DNA from: a virus
Taxonomy: Duplodnaviria; Caudoviricetes
IMG/VR virus record: IMGVR_UViG_3300042866_001263
Direction: 5' to 3' (one strand)
DNA: 64,000 nucleotides
Shown here: one piece after another, positions 41,530 to 48,883 of the stretch
How positions within the stretch are numbered: the first letter of the stretch is position 1
Layout of the letters: every line of letters begins with the position of its first letter
The notes under the pieces: generated by a model
Database searches by the model: none
What the model was told of the DNA's origin: nothing
What the model saw: only the letters and a program-made list of their open reading frames with translations
Made by a program: the position numbers and the translations under genes

Positions 41530-41733
41530 ATGATTTTCTACACTTCCACGAACCACGGTTGTGTATATTCTCTGTCTCAGGAAGATGGTGAAGAACTGTT
41601 CTATGCTCCCATCTATGCTAACGGTAGTGTGAATTTGAATGAATTTGCCCCTGTAGATATGGATGATATTGATATGGATGACATGGAGTTGTTTGATATC
41701 ATGAACCGCCTGCGTCAGATGGCAGCAGTGTGA
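41530..41733 (+). CDS. hypothetical protein
   Basis: Monocistronic ORF between promoter units 9 and 10. Confidence 0.75.
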   Translation: MIFYTSTNHGCVYSLSQEDGEELFYAPIYANGSVNLNEFAPVDMDDIDMDDMELFDIMNRLRQMAAV

Positions 41734-41787
41734 CAGTCTCTGAACTGTCTACTAATCACTCCAAACCCCATCTGGGGATGCCATACT
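41730..41787 (+). promoter_or_regulatory. early promoter unit 10
   Basis: GTGACAGTC-tctg-AACTGTCTA, 30 nt, CATACT. Confidence 0.75.
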
Positions 41788-41811
41788 AACCAAGTCAAAC
41801 AAATTTCACGA

Positions 41812-42042
41812 ATGACTAACACTTTCATGAAGGCATTTGTTAACACTTTGATGATCAATCTTGCCACCATCGCTGCTGTTATCGTTGGTGTGGTGAGTTA
41901 TGCTTACCGTGCTGCTAAGGTTTGGTATGCTGAGAATGGCGAAGATCTTCGCTACGATGTTAGTTTCCAACTCGCAGAATTCTTTGGTTCACTTCACTTT
42001 AAGTTTGCTGATATGGCAGGAGAGTTTGATGATGATGTGTGA
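41812..42042 (+). CDS. hypothetical membrane-anchored protein
   Basis: Hydrophobic N-terminal segment; between promoter units 10 and 11. Confidence 0.7.
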   Translation: MTNTFMKAFVNTLMINLATIAAVIVGVVSYAYRAAKVWYAENGEDLRYDVSFQLAEFFGSLHFKFADMAGEFDDDV

Positions 42043-42097
42043 CAGTTAAGCAAGTGGCACAAGGGGGGTTGCAATTGCCCCCATCCTGACCCATACT
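42039..42097 (+). promoter_or_regulatory. early promoter unit 11
   Basis: GTGACAGTT-aagc-AAGTGGCAC, 31 nt containing a GGGG-TTGCAATT-GCCCC hairpin, CATACT. Confidence 0.8.
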
Positions 42098-42123
42098 AAG
42101 CAAGTCAACCAAACGACCCGACA

Positions 42124-42438
42124 ATGCGTAAGATCGAACGTCTGATGAATGCTGCTATCAAAGCAGGCAAAGATTGGAAGCTCGCTAACACTGAGGTGGT
42201 GGCATGTTCTAACGTTACTGATGTCTTCCTGCATGGCAATCTGATTGCTCGCATTGGTGAAACCTGGATTGAATTGTTCGATGGTGGTTGGCAAACTGTT
42301 ACCACGAAGTCTCGCTTGAATGCTATTCTTCGTGAGCATGGTTTGCCTCATGAGGGTATCTTCCAGCGCAAAGGTCAGTGGTTTGTTAACATGAATGACA
42401 TGACCATTCCTTTCTTCTCGGGTATGCGTCTTAACTGA
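42124..42438 (+). CDS. hypothetical protein (cyanophage early type)
   Basis: MRKIERLMNAAIK...LHGNLIA...GGWQTVTTKSRLNA. Confidence 0.8.
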   Translation: MRKIERLMNAAIKAGKDWKLANTEVVACSNVTDVFLHGNLIARIGETWIELFDGGWQTVTTKSRLNAILREHGLPHEGIFQRKGQWFVNMNDMTIPFFSGMRLN

Positions 42439-42481
42439 CGATTGCCCTCATTAAATATAATCAACACTCACGAGGGTTAGC

Positions 42482-42613
42482 ATGACTATTCAAGAGATGT
42501 ACCAAGAGATGAAAGATCAACAAGTGGAAGATCAGAAGCAAGGATATAATGACCCTGATATGTACGATGATTGCTATACTTTCATAGAGATCGATTACAC
42601 TACCCAAGAATAG
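42482..42613 (+). CDS. small acidic hypothetical protein (43 aa)
   Basis: Hand-translated, with upstream TATAAT and GAGG. Confidence 0.5.
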   Translation: MTIQEMYQEMKDQQVEDQKQGYNDPDMYDDCYTFIEIDYTTQE

Positions 42614-42619
42614 AGAACT

Positions 42620-42682
42620 GGGCGGCCGCTTCGCTGCCCCTTCCCTCCCCTCCCGCCCTCTAGGTTAGTCGCCTGGAGGGCG
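42620..42682 (+). other. two GC-rich hairpins in an intergenic region
   Basis: GGGCGGC/GCTGCCC (42620-39) and CGCCCTCTAGG/CCTGGAGGGCG (42654-82), linked by a pyrimidine tract. Confidence 0.5.
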
Positions 42683-42698
42683 TCTGTCTAGGTGGGCT

Positions 42699-42756
42699 GG
42701 GACAGTTCGGCAACTGACCACCAAACCCACCAGACTGCCCCTAGGGGTGCCATACT
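42699..42756 (+). promoter_or_regulatory. early promoter unit 12
   Basis: GGGACAGTT-cggc-AACTGACCA, 30 nt, CATACT. Confidence 0.75.
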
Positions 42757-42762
42757 GATCTC

Positions 42763-42933
42763 ATGAAACAAACCGCTCACACCGCTTACGCTCAGCAGAT
42801 CCTGGCAAAGGGTCGGGATCTGCCTACTGCCCCTGCCCCTAAGGCGCAGTACCCCCGTACTATCCATGGTCGGGTCTTTCAGACTGAGGCAGAGTATAGG
42901 GAGGCACTGCATGACTTCCTGAACGGCATGTGA
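42763..42933 (+). CDS. small hypothetical protein (56 aa)
   Basis: Hand-translated MKQTAHTAYAQQILAKG...; between promoter units 12 and 13. Confidence 0.65.
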   Translation: MKQTAHTAYAQQILAKGRDLPTAPAPKAQYPRTIHGRVFQTEAEYREALHDFLNGM

Positions 42934-42987
42934 CAGTCGGGAGGGTGGCCACCACCCCTTGACTTTACCCCTGATCTGATCCATACT
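42930..42987 (+). promoter_or_regulatory. early promoter unit 13
   Basis: GTGACAGTC-ggga-GGGTGGCCA (degenerate right arm); TTGACT-17-CATACT. Confidence 0.7.
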
Positions 42988-43011
42988 AACAAAGTCAAAT
43001 CAAACGAGACT

Positions 43012-43200
43012 ATGACAAAGACCGAAGCAACTGCCCTTGCGATCGCCGTTGTTCACAGCAACTGCCCGAACGCTGCTAATGGTCACGTTCGGATGCTGCA
43101 TCAGTCTGCCGATGGTGCTGAGATGCTGCGCCTGATCGTTCGTGATAATCTGGCAGGTGCTGGTGACATCGTAGCAGATGCCCTGATGGACAATCTCTGA
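43012..43200 (+). CDS. hypothetical protein
   Basis: Between promoter units 13 and 14. Confidence 0.7.
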   Translation: MTKTEATALAIAVVHSNCPNAANGHVRMLHQSADGAEMLRLIVRDNLAGAGDIVADALMDNL

Positions 43201-43244
43201 ACTGTCCACCAAACCTCCCAAACCCCGTCAAGGGGTGCCATACT
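43187..43244 (+). promoter_or_regulatory. early promoter unit 14
   Basis: TGGACAATC-tctg-AACTGTCCA, 30 nt, CATACT. Confidence 0.75.
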
Positions 43245-43268
43245 AAACAAGTCAACCAAACAAAGCAA

Positions 43269-43697
43269 ATGAGCATCACTCTCACCGCTAACTACAAAGA
43301 AGTTCTGAACGCTCACACTGTTAACAAGATCGATGAATTGATCGATGAGAACTATGCTCTGGATGACATGCTGGAGTTCATTGACGCTCACAATGAGGAT
43401 GACTTCTGCAACTATTATGAAGAGTATGTGCGTTGTGGTGAAGCGATCGGATATGATGCCGTTGATGCCCTGATCGAAGAAATGGGCGACATGTCCTATA
43501 TTGACTGCTGTGATGAGCGGTTCCGTGGTTGGTATGAATCCGAGGCAGACTTCGCTGAAGAATTCTACAACGAGATCAGCGATGTTCCCTCTGCATTGGT
43601 GATCGATTGGCAGGCGACCTACGATTCCTCCCTACGTTATGATTACACCTGCTGTGAGGTGAAGTATCGTCAGGTTGCTGTGTTCAGCGACTATTGA
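43269..43697 (+). CDS. ArdA-like antirestriction (DNA-mimic) protein
   Basis: Highly acidic; FRGWYESEADFAEEFY...ALVIDWQATYDSSLRYDY matches the ArdA C-terminal pattern (GxYxSxxDFAxE...IDxExxxxDL). Confidence 0.7.
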   Translation: MSITLTANYKEVLNAHTVNKIDELIDENYALDDMLEFIDAHNEDDFCNYYEEYVRCGEAIGYDAVDALIEEMGDMSYIDCCDERFRGWYESEADFAEEFYNEISDVPSALVIDWQATYDSSLRYDYTCCEVKYRQVAVFSDY

Positions 43698-43885
43698 GCA
43701 ATGGGAATGGGTGCGCCCTAAAGACGCCCAGCAAACTAACAACAATTCAATGTCACACTACAACATGCCTAGTCTGCCTGTGATTCGTTCTAACCAGCAA
43801 CCTAGTGTGACACTTGCAGATCTGGTCTATCGTTGGTTGATGCGTCGTCTGGGGCTGTAGACTGACAGCATCGAAACGAACCATC

Positions 43886-44062
43886 ATGACGACCCTCGCC
43901 AAATCAATTCTCGTGATGCTGACCGCCAGCGTTACCATCGTTGCAGGATCCCACGTGCTAGACGCTGCTCTGAAGGTTCGTGATAAGATCGACCACCGCA
44001 ACGCCCTAACCTGCCAGCAGATCAACGAGGTGATGCCAGGCGGGTGCCAGATGCCCAAGTGA
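43886..44062 (+). CDS. small membrane/secreted hypothetical protein (58 aa)
   Basis: Hand-translated MTTLAKSILVMLTASVTIVAG...; TAGACT upstream. Confidence 0.55.
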   Translation: MTTLAKSILVMLTASVTIVAGSHVLDAALKVRDKIDHRNALTCQQINEVMPGGCQMPK

Positions 44063-44102
44063 CCACCAGCTGCCCCGATGGGCACCGCTGACCCTGTAGA
44101 CT
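44044..44102 (+). promoter_or_regulatory. early promoter unit 15
   Basis: GTGCCAGAT-gccc-AAGTGACCA, 31 nt, TAGACT. Confidence 0.7.
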
Positions 44103-44127
44103 AACCTCAGTTCAAACGAAACGACCC

Positions 44128-44406
44128 ATGACCAAAGCAACCGCCACCCTTCCTACCTACAACGGTTGGGCAACTTACGAAACCTGGAATGCTGCCCTGT
44201 GGATCGGCAATGATCAATTCCTCTACAATACCGCCAAGGCATGTGTAGAGTACTGTGGCGACAATGAGACCCCCTGGGATAAGTTCGTGCGTTGCATGAT
44301 GGATGGCATGATCGGTCGCCACCTCGGGCAGACTGGTGACGGCGTGGCATGGGATAGCGTCGCCATCGATGCCGATGAGATGAACGCCATGATGGCAGAT
44401 CTGTGA
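44128..44406 (+). CDS. hypothetical protein (YNGWxxYETWNxALW family)
   Basis: Motif recurrent in phage early genes; between promoter units 15 and 16. Confidence 0.8.
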   Translation: MTKATATLPTYNGWATYETWNAALWIGNDQFLYNTAKACVEYCGDNETPWDKFVRCMMDGMIGRHLGQTGDGVAWDSVAIDADEMNAMMADL

Positions 44407-44461
44407 CGGTCGGGAGACTGTCCCCCATCTGCCCCGATCCTGCCTCCTGACCCTGTAGACT
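44403..44461 (+). promoter_or_regulatory. early promoter unit 16
   Basis: GTGACGGTC-ggga-GACTGTCCC, 31 nt, TAGACT. Confidence 0.7.
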
Positions 44462-44467
44462 AACAGC

Positions 44468-45100
44468 ATGAAAGAAAACACCTTCACCCTCTCGCTCCGT
44501 GACCGCTGCCTCGCCCTCGCTGAGGCACAGGCATGGGAGATCAATGGCGACATCGACGCTGTGGATCCTGACGACCTCGAATCCTGCCTGGCAGGTCTGA
44601 CCGAGGACAACCTGGAGGAGACGGCTGGCAATCTGGCACACCTCGCCGCCTGGTGCGCCTGAGCGCCCTGTAGACTAACAGCATGAACAAAACCAAGATG
44701 ACCCACAACGAACTGATCGCCTCCGTGATGGCATCCTACACTGAGCGCCTCGCCCGTGAGGAGGCACACCGTCAAGCGATCCGTGATGCCGTCGCTAACG
44801 GGACCTACCAGGCACCCGAGGGACAGTGGGGCGAGTGGAACATCAGCGATCGGGACTGACCCCCAGACCGTCTAGACTAACCCCATACCAAACGAACCGA
44901 GCATGGCACTCTACAGCATGGCAACCGACCTCCAGACCCGCCAGACCGTGTGGGTCAGCACCAACGTGGTGAAGGGTCGCCCCCAGCTGAACTCCCACCG
45001 TCAAGACCGCCTAGGCGCATCCCTGGCAGCAGGGGGCATCGATGGGTTCAGCGCAGCAGAGCTGGCAGGTCTCCACACAGACTACCAGGGCAAGGGGTGA
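44468..45100 (+). other. three monocistronic small ORFs (44468-44662, 44683-44859, 44903-45100)
   Basis: Each is preceded by a TAGACTAAC -10-like element. Confidence 0.7.
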
Positions 45101-45139
45101 CCCCCCATCCTACCACGTCCCCATTCTCTACACTAACTC

Positions 45140-45313
45140 ATGACCAGCAAACAATTGCACAAACTCGCAAAGGTGCATGGTTGGGTATTACAAAGGAACG
45201 GCAGCAAGCATTACATCTATCGCCACGAAGATGCAGGCAAGCAGATCACAATTCCCTATCAAGTGCGTGAGTTCGTAGGACGCAAGATCGCCAAGGATTT
45301 GGCAGCAGTTTGA
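45140..45313 (+). CDS. HicA-like (YcfA) small RNase-fold protein (57 aa)
   Basis: MTSKQLHKLAKVHGWVLQRNGSKHYIYRHEDAGKQITIPY matches the HicA pattern GW-x-x-x-R-x-(K)GSH-x-x-F/Y-x-H...VTVP; not in the ORF track. Confidence 0.65.
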   Translation: MTSKQLHKLAKVHGWVLQRNGSKHYIYRHEDAGKQITIPYQVREFVGRKIAKDLAAV

Positions 45314-45319
45314 GACACT

Positions 45320-45344
45320 GGGGGCAGTTAATATGCCCCCCCTT
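45320..45344 (+). terminator. hairpin closing the early island
   Basis: GGGGGCA-gttaata-TGCCCCC just after the HicA-like stop; weak U-tract. Confidence 0.5.
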
Positions 45345-45481
45345 CGTTATATCGGGGCGGCCGAGCGGGTCCCATATCGCACCTCCCCTAACCTACAAAA
45401 GTATCCAGACGAGCGATAAATATTTTTGAAAATGGTTTTTTGAAAACCTCTGAAAGAAAAAAATTTCCCCCAGAAAAAATC

Positions 45482-45730
45482 ATGGAAAAACCCGATTTCG
45501 ATAGTTTCAATAATATACTAGATAACTTTGATGACTTCTGTGACGCCTTCGAAAGTCGTGCGGCGGAAGCATTCCTACGAGGAGATCAGAATGATGGAAG
45601 AGTTACAAGAGCAACAGCAGAAATTGGATCAAGTACTCCTAACGCTGTCAGAGAGATTGCAGAGCCTGGAGGAACGCCTATTGAGATTGGAGAGACCTTC
45701 GTTAATGTATCGTCGTCCGAATGCGAGTGA
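45482..45730 (+). CDS. acidic hypothetical protein
   Basis: MEKPDFDSFNNILDNFDDFCDAF...; ATAAATA late-like element upstream at about 45416. Confidence 0.5.
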   Translation: MEKPDFDSFNNILDNFDDFCDAFESRAAEAFLRGDQNDGRVTRATAEIGSSTPNAVREIAEPGGTPIEIGETFVNVSSSECE

Positions 45731-45821
45731 TTACGAAACACTCTCAAACACTCTAGATTATCTACATAATAACGTGGAAGGAATTAAAAAAGATTTGTTG
45801 CAAGTCGCAAGATCGGTATAA
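45591..45821 (+). CDS. coiled-coil hypothetical protein
   Basis: GAGGAG Shine-Dalgarno upstream; MMEELQEQQQKLDQVLLTLSERLQSLEERL heptads; coupled to the PAAR-like gene. Confidence 0.65.
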   Translation: MMEELQEQQQKLDQVLLTLSERLQSLEERLLRLERPSLMYRRPNASDYETLSNTLDYLHNNVEGIKKDLLQVARSV

Positions 45822-46210
45822 TGCCAAACATCGTAGGACCAGAAACAATCGACACGCCCAGTACAGATGGAAATTGTCTGTATCCAGAAAAGAAGCTAGG
45901 AGGAACGCCATATGTTTCTCCCAACGTGAAGATGGAGGGAGAAGAGGTAAAACTATATAATTCATTAAATTTACCAGCATCTGTGGATGGCGTTAAGATT
46001 AATCCCGCCATTCCTCTGCCATGTCAACCAGGAATACGAAGAATTGAACCAGTGATTAACGATAGTGTGTTAATTAATGGTCAACTCTTCGCAGTAACTG
46101 GTGATGAGGCAGATTTACTGACTGGGGCAACAACACCAAGGCCCTTGACAGGACCGTACAGTTATCCTACAATACAGATTGGTACACAAAAAGCATTGGA
46201 GAATTCATAA
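45821..46210 (+). CDS. PAAR-like baseplate spike tip protein (T4 gp5.4-like)
   Basis: SVLINGQLFAVTGD and NCLY/PCQP motifs; lies just before gp25. Confidence 0.55.
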   Translation: MPNIVGPETIDTPSTDGNCLYPEKKLGGTPYVSPNVKMEGEEVKLYNSLNLPASVDGVKINPAIPLPCQPGIRRIEPVINDSVLINGQLFAVTGDEADLLTGATTPRPLTGPYSYPTIQIGTQKALENS

Positions 46211-46363
46211 ATGGCAGCAAAATCGAAAGTTGGTCTAGTAAAGACTGGTTACACCGAGGGATCACCGAAAAAGACCCGTCAAGGGCGTTCACAGAACACT
46301 CACCTAGGTGCAAGTTCACGTAATGGTCGTAAGAAGCGTTATCGTGGTCAGGGCAAGGGTTGA
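46211..46363 (+). CDS. small basic protein (50 aa)
   Basis: Hand-translated MAAKSKVGLVKTGYTEGSPKKTRQGRSQNT...RKKRYRGQGKG. Confidence 0.7.
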   Translation: MAAKSKVGLVKTGYTEGSPKKTRQGRSQNTHLGASSRNGRKKRYRGQGKG

Positions 46364-46454
46364 AGACATTAAATAGTTATGAGCGCCGACATCTCCGAAC
46401 GGGATAGCAACCCCGAAAAAAGTTCTAATATTAGATCTTTTAAGGAGCAAAACA

Positions 46455-46661
46455 ATGGGACTATATCCAGTCGATAAAAGTAAAGAATTTATTGATGAAG
46501 GTATGACTCTAATTACAGAGACAGATAGTGAAAAATATCTGAAGGCACATAAAAAAATGAAGAAGAAAGAAGAACTTTATTCAATTCCCGAGGATCGTTA
46601 TGAGCGTCCTTGTGGTGGTTCTGGCGGTTTCGATGATTTCGTAGAACGCTGGCACGAGTGA
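46455..46661 (+). CDS. hypothetical protein
   Basis: GGAG Shine-Dalgarno; 68 aa. Confidence 0.75.
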   Translation: MGLYPVDKSKEFIDEGMTLITETDSEKYLKAHKKMKKKEELYSIPEDRYERPCGGSGGFDDFVERWHE

Positions 46662-46669
46662 ATAAATAG
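46662..46669 (+). promoter_or_regulatory. late promoter-like ATAAATA
   Basis: Immediately upstream of gp25. Confidence 0.6.
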
Positions 46670-46690
46670 TAACAGCCTTGCTGTGTCTAA

Positions 46691-47083
46691 ATGCCCGAAT
46701 TTCAGACGTTCAAAGATTTGAGCGTTACTTTTAAGAAGCATCCAGTCACTGATGATCTTGTCACAGTGAAGGATAAGGCTGCGATATCGCAGTCTATTGT
46801 TAATCTGCTTCTTACTAGTAAGGGTGAGAGATTATTTCAACCAAATTTGGGTTCTGGTATATACCGTAGTTTATTTGAACCTTTAGATTATGGTACTGCT
46901 GGTCTTATCCGAGCAGAGGTTGCTGACGTTCTAGAACGTTACGAACCAAGAATTGTTGTCAGAAAAATTATTTGTATGCCAGATTTTGACAATAATGGGT
47001 ATTCAATTGAGATTACCTATGAAATTCGTGGAAGAGAAGACACACCTGTAGCAGTCGAATTCTTTCTAGAGCGTACTCGATAA
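46691..47083 (+). CDS. gp25: baseplate wedge subunit, T4 gp25-like
   Basis: AISQSIVNLLLTSKGERLFQPNLGS...LERYEPRI motif. Confidence 0.93.
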   Translation: MPEFQTFKDLSVTFKKHPVTDDLVTVKDKAAISQSIVNLLLTSKGERLFQPNLGSGIYRSLFEPLDYGTAGLIRAEVADVLERYEPRIVVRKIICMPDFDNNGYSIEITYEIRGREDTPVAVEFFLERTR

Positions 47084-48879
47084 TGCCTTACACTCAACTT
47101 GCCAATTTAGACTTTAATGATATTAAAGTTGCTCTGAAAGAATATCTCAGAGCTCAATCTGAATTTACTGATTATGATTTTGAGGGTTCGGCATTATCGA
47201 ACCTAATTGACGTACTCGCCTATAACACCTACTACACGGCGTTTAACACCAATATGGTAGTCAATGAACTATTCATTGATTCTGCCACCTTGAGGGACAA
47301 CGTAGTGGCGATTGCGAAGCAATTAGGGTACAGACCAAAAAGTATAACGTCTCCAACGGCGTATATTTCTTTTTCTGTAAATTATACAAATACAACAACA
47401 GATACTCAGATCATTTTAAAGAAGGGCACAGGATTTGTTGCTTCTTACGATAATGTGTTATATCAGTATGTTGTTTTAGACGATGCGAAGGCACAAGTTG
47501 CAAATCAGACTGCAACATTTACTAATGTGCCAATTAGAGAAGGAAATCAACTTCTTAACACGTTTACAGTAAATAGTTCACAACAATCGCAGAGATTTAT
47601 TCTTGATAATGCGAATATTGACACAAATACAATTCAAGTAAAAGTATTCCCAACTGGTAGTGGATTTTCAGAGCAATACTTAGTTTCAGATAATATTCTT
47701 GGTGTAGATGGAACTTCCAAGGTATTTTTCTTAAATGAGATCGAAGATGAAAGATACGAACTCATCTTTGGTGATGGAGTACTAGGAAAGAAATTAGAAA
47801 ATGGAGCAGTGATTGAAGCTTCGTATATTGTAACATCAGGTCCAGCATCGAACGGTGTTAAGACATTTGTATTTTCTGGTGTTCTAGAAAATCAGGATGG
47901 ATCTACTGCTGGTCCTCTTTCAATTACAGTAAATTCGACTGTTCCTGCTTCTGGTGGAGAGGCAATCGAATCTACTAAGAAAATTAAGTTCAATGCACCA
48001 AAGTCATACGGGACACAAAATCGTGCTGTAACTGCCGATGACTATACTGCTATTGTTCGTAACATTTATCCAGCAACGAGTGATGTGATCATTTTTGGTG
48101 GAGAAGATCAAGTTCCACCACAATATGGAAAAGTCTTTATTGCTTTAAAACCAAATGATGCATCGTATATAACTTCATTCACAAAGAAAGAAATAATCAA
48201 GCAATTAAAGAATTTTATTGTTGCTTCAGTAGAACCAGTGATTGTAGATCCATCAATTCTATTTGTTGAATTGACAAGTAAGATTTACTACAATTCTTCA
48301 ATGACTTCCGATACTACTGCACAAATTAGAGATAAAGTTATAACTGCACTGCAAAATTATATCGATGTTTCCGATCTAGAAAAGTTTAATGGTAAGTTTA
48401 GATACAGTAAAGCAATTGGTGTTATTGATGAGGCAGATAAATCCATCAATTCCAACATTACTACTGTTACTATGAGGAAGGATTTTTATCCTCAACTAAA
48501 TTCCACCTTCTATTATGAGATATGTTTTCAGAATTCTTTTGACATAGATTGTGATGCTCCAGTCCTTTCTACGACTGGATTTAGAGTTACCGAGTATCCA
48601 AACTTTGATGTCTATCTTGAGGATAGGGGTGGCAAAATTGTCCTATATACACTAGATGCTATAACTGGTGAGAAAGTTGTCCTAGACAAGGAAGTTGGCG
48701 ATATTGATTATGCTAAAGGCGAATTAAAAATGTATGATTTAACGATCATAAAAGGAAGCTTCTTTGACAACAGAATATCAGTTAGAGTAAAACCATTATC
48801 TAATGATATCCAGGCATTCCGAGAGGTTTATCTTGATGTTGATATTGCTAATTCATCCTTTAGTGCATACAAAGAGTAA
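47083..48879 (+). CDS. gp6: baseplate wedge subunit, T4 gp6-like
   Basis: LDFNDIKVALKEYL...FTDYDFEGS...LAYNTYY...SATLRDNVV; QNRAVTADDY. Confidence 0.95.
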   Translation: MPYTQLANLDFNDIKVALKEYLRAQSEFTDYDFEGSALSNLIDVLAYNTYYTAFNTNMVVNELFIDSATLRDNVVAIAKQLGYRPKSITSPTAYISFSVNYTNTTTDTQIILKKGTGFVASYDNVLYQYVVLDDAKAQVANQTATFTNVPIREGNQLLNTFTVNSSQQSQRFILDNANIDTNTIQVKVFPTGSGFSEQYLVSDNILGVDGTSKVFFLNEIEDERYELIFGDGVLGKKLENGAVIEASYIVTSGPASNGVKTFVFSGVLENQDGSTAGPLSITVNSTVPASGGEAIESTKKIKFNAPKSYGTQNRAVTADDYTAIVRNIYPATSDVIIFGGEDQVPPQYGKVFIALKPNDASYITSFTKKEIIKQLKNFIVASVEPVIVDPSILFVELTSKIYYNSSMTSDTTAQIRDKVITALQNYIDVSDLEKFNGKFRYSKAIGVIDEADKSINSNITTVTMRKDFYPQLNSTFYYEICFQNSFDIDCDAPVLSTTGFRVTEYPNFDVYLEDRGGKIVLYTLDAITGEKVVLDKEVGDIDYAKGELKMYDLTIIKGSFFDNRISVRVKPLSNDIQAFREVYLDVDIANSSFSAYKE

Positions 48880-48883
48880 GTAG

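Noticed and set aside
22957-44461. Palindromic repeats as a CRISPR array or integron attC array
   Set aside because: Spacing is gene-sized and irregular and the repeats are degenerate; no cas genes or integron integrase in the window, and each copy is tied to a -10 box. Only the cassette analogy is kept as a hypothesis.
22957-44461. Palindrome as a CRP (TGTGA-N6-TCACA) or NtcA (GTA-N8-TAC) site
   Set aside because: Half-site sequence and spacing do not fit either consensus.
42046-44775. Several 60-220 aa minus-strand ORFs in the GC-rich early cluster
   Set aside because: All promoter elements and plausible genes are on the + strand; longer antisense frames are expected at higher GC.
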